A DNA stretch of 63,989 nt, the filler included, from Licmophora abbreviata (taxonomy: Eukaryota): the NCBI GenBank assembly GCA_900291995.1. It is 9 parts of 9 records of this genome, joined end to end, with 100 filler letters (N's around TTAATTAATTAA, not from the genome) between each part and the next. Parts side by side here need not be neighbours in the genome. Positions count along the whole stretch, not along the records: positions 49,521 to 60,920 come from OLMU01000078.1; positions 61,021 to 62,485 come from OLMU01000079.1; positions 62,586 to 63,989 come from OLMU01000085.1; 6 more parts are not named here. The stretch is one strand, 5' to 3'. The notes under the pieces are model-generated. The model had not been told where the DNA came from. It searched no databases and saw only the letters and a list, made by a program, of their open reading frames with translations. Every line of letters starts with the position of its first letter. Position 1 is the first letter of the stretch. The translations under genes were made by a program, and so were the position numbers. This document shows, one piece after another, positions 58,097-63,989 of the stretch.

Positions 58097-59035
58097 ATGC
58101 TGCTTTCATCTTCCCGAATGATTCGTCCGGTCCTCCGACTGTCAACAAGATCCCGCCTTGTGTCTGCTACACCGCGCTTCTTTTCGTCTTCAGACACCAC
58201 GCCGTCTCCCCCTGCCGGTAGTAGCAATAGTACATCAGCAGCACAACCGCCTCTGCCGACTCCCAAGCCTCCCTCAGAAGTAACGGAAGAAATGGTAATA
58301 GGGATTCAGGATGCAACGCACATGTACGTCAAGTACGGACTCGGTAAACAGAGACTGCAAGAAATCGCGCAGCGGACCAACAAAGATGTACCACTGGTGG
58401 TTCGATGGCAGCGCATGATGGAGGCCTTTCTGGGTTCCCAGATTCATGTACTGGCCGGATTGGGATACTCTCCAGATGAGAAAGGCCTTGCGACCTACAA
58501 TCGCGATGTAGCCTTTTGTGTGCAGGAGTCGTCGCCGGAAACGCAAGAAGCGCTTCGCATCAAGGGGCGAGATACGTGGAGACACGTACTGAGTACTGCC
58601 TTCAACGTCGACTTGGACAACGAGGGCAATAGTATCGACGAAATATCGATTGTGGAAGCGCGTAACATTATGCACAAGGTGTCGGAGCGTATGCAGAACG
58701 ATGAGATTCTGACCTCGGTTGCCAAGCGATGTGCCATGATCAAGCCGAGTGACAATGAGCAGATTGATATGGCCATGAAACATCATGTTGTTCAAGAAGT
58801 TCTCGTCGATGAAGTCTATTTGGGTGGAGATCCAAGTTTGGTGAAGGAATGTGGATTTAACGACAGTGAGGAGGGGTATGTGTACATGCAATGCGTCATG
58901 GCAGAGCATCAGAATGATCCGTTGGTGTCGCAATACATTGGGACCGCCATGATGAAGGTACTGACGGCAGCAGGGTTGGACATGGAAACAATGCAGCGAG
59001 CGCAACAAGCAGCTGCAGAGCAGCAGCAGCAATAG
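58097..59035 (+). CDS. Hypothetical helical protein with mitochondrial presequence
   Basis: Arg/Ser-rich N-terminus ending ...PRFFSS. Intronless ORF with normal globular composition. Confidence 0.75.
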   Translation: MLLSSSRMIRPVLRLSTRSRLVSATPRFFSSSDTTPSPPAGSSNSTSAAQPPLPTPKPPSEVTEEMVIGIQDATHMYVKYGLGKQRLQEIAQRTNKDVPLVVRWQRMMEAFLGSQIHVLAGLGYSPDEKGLATYNRDVAFCVQESSPETQEALRIKGRDTWRHVLSTAFNVDLDNEGNSIDEISIVEARNIMHKVSERMQNDEILTSVAKRCAMIKPSDNEQIDMAMKHHVVQEVLVDEVYLGGDPSLVKECGFNDSEEGYVYMQCVMAEHQNDPLVSQYIGTAMMKVLTAAGLDMETMQRAQQAAAEQQQQ

Positions 59036-59226
59036 GGGAGTGAGTCGCGAGAGTGGCTCCAAGGAGTCATGACAGGATAGATCGCTTTGGTATACAAGCT
59101 TGACACTATGTTTGTTTACTTCTGTGCGACACTCAACTTCTTAGCACTACATTTACGACTATGTTCATTTCCCCACGATAACCACGCTGTCCATTTTCAA
59201 CAGTGCCACACATTCAAACGCATCTC

Positions 59227-62200
59227 CTATTCGTAGCGTCTCCTGGGAGAGGGGCTGCCATCGGCGTAAATATCATCGTCTCCCTGAATCCCCAAACTAC
59301 CCGGTGACGGCGACCAGAACTGACTTCGCTCTTGACCATACACTCGATTCTGCGGAGGCGAGAACATGCCATTGCCGACGCCACCTCCGGGCCTACCCCG
59401 GAATGGTGGTGCAGTCTGAGGGGCAACGTCCTGTCCAAGTCGTGATGCTTGCGGCGTACGGGCGGCTTGATAGTAGCGCACGCTGTCTTGCATTTCCCGC
59501 TCGGTTTGTCCGGCTCGAGCATGTTGGAACGATTCTCGCTCTCCCATGTTATAAAACAATGTAGCAAAGAACCGCATAATGAGCAAGCCGAGAAAGATCA
59601 CGAGAATCCAGCTGACAAGCACCGGAAACAGGGGAGGCAAGAAGCCAGCCACGTATTGCAGAGGGTACGGAAGTGGTTCGGGCACGTAGTGTCCGTCTCC
59701 CGGGATGCAGGTACCAACGTTTTCGGCAATTTTCTTTTCGCAAATGCTATCGCACATGGAAGGATTGAATTTCCCGTCCTTAGGACATTCGCATTTGGGA
59801 CACACCGGACACGCTGTTGTCTTCGTAGATGTCATGCGACCGCCTCGGGAGCGACTCGGGGACGATGTCGTTGTTGTCGTCCTGGTTTCGACTTGTTCGT
59901 TCAGTGAGCGATCCTCGGCAAGAGCCCTGTCAACTGCACGTTTTACGTCGGATTCCTTTTCAGCCTGCAGCTCGGCACGGATTTGACTCTCAAGACCATA
60001 TACGTCGACTTCCTCAATCACAATGTCGCGCCATGCTGTCTGGGCTTGATTTCCAGCGTCGTCAATGACGTCGTAGGGAACACTCCAACGAAGGGCTGAT
60101 TTCTGGACAGGCTCTCCGACCGTAACTCGCTTGGAGATGTCGATCGAGCCCTTGTATGTTTGGTCTATCGCCTTGACACACTCGATAGGTGACGGATGCG
60201 GGTGCTCATGGGTCGCACAAAGCTCGGCTCCAGCCGTGGACCGAACCATATCCTAGCAGATGTTGCCACCATCGAAAGATGAGTCGGCTATCGTGAAACC
60301 AATGAGATCCCGAAACAGCAGTCTTCCGCAAGGCTTACCTTGAGCTCTCTATCATAGCGCTGCCTCTGCTGATTGCACAAATCGTCGCTGTCTTTGCTCT
60401 TTCCGGTCATGACACCAACAAGCCCTCCGCACTTGCATACTTTCATTACTTTTGGATTTGGTCCGAGCACGGTAATCATAGGCTTGTTGGTGTCTACGCA
60501 TCCTGTCCCACCTTTGTATCCTTCTGGCGTCGCAATTGAGTCAATTGCATGGATGGCCTTGAACCCGTCCCCGCTCGTGTGTTCGGGACAACGACACGAA
60601 TAGCTCCCCATCGTATCGACGCACGTCGCACCGGCATCAAAGTCACATTGCGGTATCAATTCAGGGCAAAGCGACTCGTACGTTGCCGTATCCAACTTGC
60701 ACTCGTCGATGTTCTCAATCATCACTTTGCGCGTAATCTGAACATACGGAGGAGATGTCCAGGGCGTCGCGACAGTGTAGTTCACATGGAACTCTCCCAT
60801 TTCAGCAAGACAGCCGGGTGGCAGGGGCTTGCTATACGTAATTTTGAGTGAGCGGGCATATTCTTCTGCGTTGTCATCGATAATATCCACGGCGAATTCT
60901 TTGTAGTAGTCCCCTTGAGTNNNNNNNNNNNNNNNNNNNNNNNNNNNNNNNNNNNNNNNNNNNNTTAATTAATTAANNNNNNNNNNNNNNNNNNNNNNNN
61001 NNNNNNNNNNNNNNNNNNNNATTCTTTGTAGTAGTCCCCTTGAGTCAAGCGAAGAGTCTGGTCGTTCTTGGAGTCATGCCTCAGCCGCAATACAGGTGGC
61101 GTTTCGTCGACGCAGCCGTAGCCATCTCCGTCGTCCACGTAGCCTGTCTTACACACGCATTTCGGTTCATTGTTGGCAGAGACCGCGCATACTTCGTTGT
61201 TGCCTGTATCCATTGGAGAGTTGGGGTGAGTCGTGAGAGAGAAAAATCGAAGCCCGCCGACGGCGCGTACAACCCTAAACCAGTAAACTCACCTTTGCAC
61301 GGCGCAAAGCCTGCGCAAGCATCAACAACAGGTTTTGTACAGTCGCAATAGTAGTTATTCTTGACTGTTTCTTCCGTCGGTGTCACACCATCGAACTTGA
61401 CTTTGGGCTCAGGCTTCGGATCAATCCCCGCTCGACACGTGTGTCCATTGCCCATGAGACCGGCAGGACATTTGCACTGAAAATTTGGGCGATCATGTGG
61501 AGAGGTGGCACGTTCACAGCGTGCGTTGTGTGTACAGTCATGACCAGCCCTGCAAACATCGCTGGGACAACGAAAGGCTGCACGGCACGCACGGCCTTCT
61601 GTCGAATGTGGAAAGGCAGGACAGCAACCGTGCGTCGATGGAGTTGAGGAACATGTCGATCGACTGGTCGTGCGGATGGAGACTTCCCACGGGGATCGGT
61701 CCTCCTCAATCAGCTGCTTCCAAAAGTCCTCGCCTCGTAGTTCGCTGGGGGCACGAGACCCATGATCCAGACGAGGACACAGACATTCGTACGAACCGAT
61801 GGTATTGACACAAACGGCAGGTTCATGACACTGATGCTTCATGGAGTGCCCGGATGGAAGCGTACACTCGTTGGTATCAAGAATGGTAAAGGGAATGTGA
61901 AAACACTGTGTGATCACCTCCCTCCCGTGCATATCGGTCGACAGTCTTGCATCCTGTCGGTGCTCAGGACCCACTACGGAGGCGAGACGCGTCACCTTGC
62001 ATCTTACAATATGTTCTCCGACTCGGCCATGCAAGTCCCCACCATCCCACTCCACCTCTACATCCACAACGCCCTCCAAGACTCGATTGACCTTTTCGAC
62101 GACGACTGCCAACTGTGACGGAGCGAGACGGATCCAAAATGGGTGAGAAGGATATGAGGCGTCCCAGTTTTACGTTCGCATCACTAATAGACTTCCAGAG

Positions 62201-62475
62201 AACCAAATCTCAATAAATTTCATCGGTAAAGCTCTTCTGATACAGAGGCACGGTCTGATCCTTCGACAGTGCCTATAAAGGTACAGAACTTAGAATCGGG
62301 ACCAGCTTGCACCTACCACTCCCGAAAGATCCCTTGGTGCTTTTTCTTGCGTATACGTAAGGGGAGTCTTGAGCGACAGTCGCTCGCATGTTTGAGTGTC
62401 CTTAGCCGATACAATGTGGACCGTCAAGGTCAAGACGAGCAAGAAAAGCAAAGGCAATGCCGACATCGTGACCAT
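59227..62475 (-). CDS. Type I membrane protein with calcium-binding EGF domains and Ig-like (DUF5011/HYR-like) domains
   Basis: Signal peptide at 62475. EGF_CA motifs (DTNEC...CVNTIGSYEC, NIDEC...CVDTMGSYSC), DETPPVLRL / DTNKPMITVLG..., VPYDVIDDAGN.A, a TM helix near the C-terminus and a cytosolic tail. Introns 60253-60338 and 61204-61292. The 5' exon structure is uncertain. Confidence 0.75.
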
Positions 62476-62585
62476 GGTGCATCGGNNNNNNNNNNNNNNN
62501 NNNNNNNNNNNNNNNNNNNNNNNNNNNNNTTAATTAATTAANNNNNNNNNNNNNNNNNNNNNNNNNNNNNNNNNNNNNNNNNNNN

Positions 62586-63341
62586 ACCATGGTTGCCAGT
62601 ATTTCCGCAAACCAAGTAAGTCCGATGGCTCGAAAGGCTTCCAGAAGACGGCGGCGCAAAGGCAAGCGTCGTGCCAGGAACTTTCGAAAGAGTGCCAGCA
62701 TGCGCAGAGCATCATTCTACGATACTGTTCCCATTCCAGAAAACGCGACGTCAGATCTCGAAACAGAATTTGATTCACTTTCGCATGTGGGATTGAACGA
62801 GTCCGTTGCTTCCTCATCCCTTTCCGTCCCGCATGGTATTGACAATCAGGAGTTTGAAGAGGATCCAAGCGGTATGTTGGTCCCAAAACGGATTTTTTCG
62901 AAGATCGAAGTCGAGACACCGGACCACCCCTTCTTCAAACGTGCTTGGCTTGTGCGACATGTCCTCGACCAATCGTCGCCGTTGCTAACGAGAGAGGCGC
63001 GTCGGCTGGTGATGCAGAATCGAGGACACTGGCCCGATGAGCTGAACAATCACGAGGGCGTGAGGCGACACATCAAGTTTGATCAGCTTCTTGTCAGCAT
63101 GTCGGGAACTTCCAATGCCGATGCAAGTAGCGTGTACTCACAACATGTATACGATTATGTCGACATGAATGTCGGTTATCGCTTTGTGAACATACTATAT
63201 CGTGACAACGACGGTAGCCTTGTTGTCGACCACGCAATGGTCAACGACGTCGTGGAACAATTTGGAGGAGGCGCTGAACCGTTTGTGGCCGCTACCGACG
63301 AAAGTCGTACCAGAGGCGAAATCCTTGCTGCCCTTGTCTGA
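62586..63341 (+). CDS. Inward-rectifier K+ channel (Kir) cytoplasmic C-terminal domain, 5' truncated by the spacer
   Basis: W..RHVLDQSSPL and LLVSMSGT......VYSQHVY...D...GYRF match the Kir C-terminal domain pattern (H.IDE.SPL ... I.V.L.G ... SY ... G.RF). Confidence 0.65.
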   Translation, partial: TMVASISANQVSPMARKASRRRRRKGKRRARNFRKSASMRRASFYDTVPIPENATSDLETEFDSLSHVGLNESVASSSLSVPHGIDNQEFEEDPSGMLVPKRIFSKIEVETPDHPFFKRAWLVRHVLDQSSPLLTREARRLVMQNRGHWPDELNNHEGVRRHIKFDQLLVSMSGTSNADASSVYSQHVYDYVDMNVGYRFVNILYRDNDGSLVVDHAMVNDVVEQFGGGAEPFVAATDESRTRGEILAALV

Positions 63342-63989
63342 ACTGAAGGGGGGAAGGATATCGCGGTACGAGAGTATCTATCTTCTGGCACAGGTTTTAA
63401 AATGGGTTACACTACGCGATTCTCCTCTCGATTAGACCGTCGTCGCTGGAAAGGGATCTATAGGCGCCGAAAGCGGAAGGGATATCACTGTATGAAAAAG
63501 TAGTCGTGAGCCACCGGTGCATCGTTCTGGTGTACTAGAGATACACCAGTCTGCTGCACAGTCTTCGAGGACGTCGAATGTCAAGACTGCATTTGGAGAT
63601 GGTACCGCAGAATGCTTTAGTGTATGAGGCTGAGGCACCAAACCGCGCAGAAGTCGCCCCATTTATCTACCGTGTACCGGTAAATTATTTCAGTGTTGCA
63701 AGGATGAGTACCGCAGACCCAAATGCCTCTTTAAACGAGTCACCAACGATTCTTTTATATAATAATTACCCAGCAACAATCACCACTCTCTAGCTGCTGC
63801 TGGAACCAATACCGGATCTGAACTCCAACATTGATTCACTTATCTCCTACAGCAAACCATGTGTCACGTCAATCTGGTTCAACGAGAAGACTGCTCGACT
63901 TAATCTACCGTGAAGCGAATGACATCGGCCACACTAATGACACCAACCGGCTGGACGTTTCCGTCTACGACAAAGACACGATGATATCC

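Noticed and set aside
60896..61045. 25-bp direct repeat (attctttgtagtagtccccttgagt) resembling a target-site duplication
   Set aside because: The copies flank an assembly spacer and represent unmerged contig overlap within one coding exon.
63432..63989. Short ORFs at the window end
   Set aside because: Under 80 aa with no motifs; cannot be distinguished from intergenic sequence.

Overview
Gene-dense eukaryotic nuclear DNA, almost certainly from a diatom. The evidence is short GT-AG introns, bipartite plastid presequences with AF/AW cleavage motifs, and a diatom-type AdoMetDC fusion gene. The window is a scaffold broken by eight artificial 100-bp N-TTAATTAATTAA-N spacers. It carries about 28 protein-coding genes. 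Recognisable genes: the 5' part of an AdoMetDC(-aminopropyltransferase) fusion, SFT2, a TRAIP-like RING ligase, copine, EIPR1/TSSC1, two tandem vacuolar sorting receptors, NDUFA9, a DUF1517/FLAP1-like protein, an OSCA/TMEM63 channel, an XRCC2-like protein, a plastid DEAD-box helicase, RBBP4/MSI1, DPH3, eIF5A, panB, an FkbM methyltransferase, a cNMP-dependent kinase, TIM22, cytosolic HSP70, a CUE protein, an EGF/Ig-like surface protein and a Kir channel fragment. The most unusual elements are (i) a large PAS-LRR-receiver signalling protein whose PAS domain only appears after splicing, (ii) a block of four adjacent orphan coiled-coil genes, three of which share sequence modules, (iii) a single-chain kinase whose cNMP domains carry cAMP-type signatures, and (iv) an NPF/DPF-rich PDZ-PH protein. 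I recognised no RNA genes, CRISPR arrays or transposons. All family assignments come from motif recognition by eye, not database searches, and exon boundaries are manual predictions.
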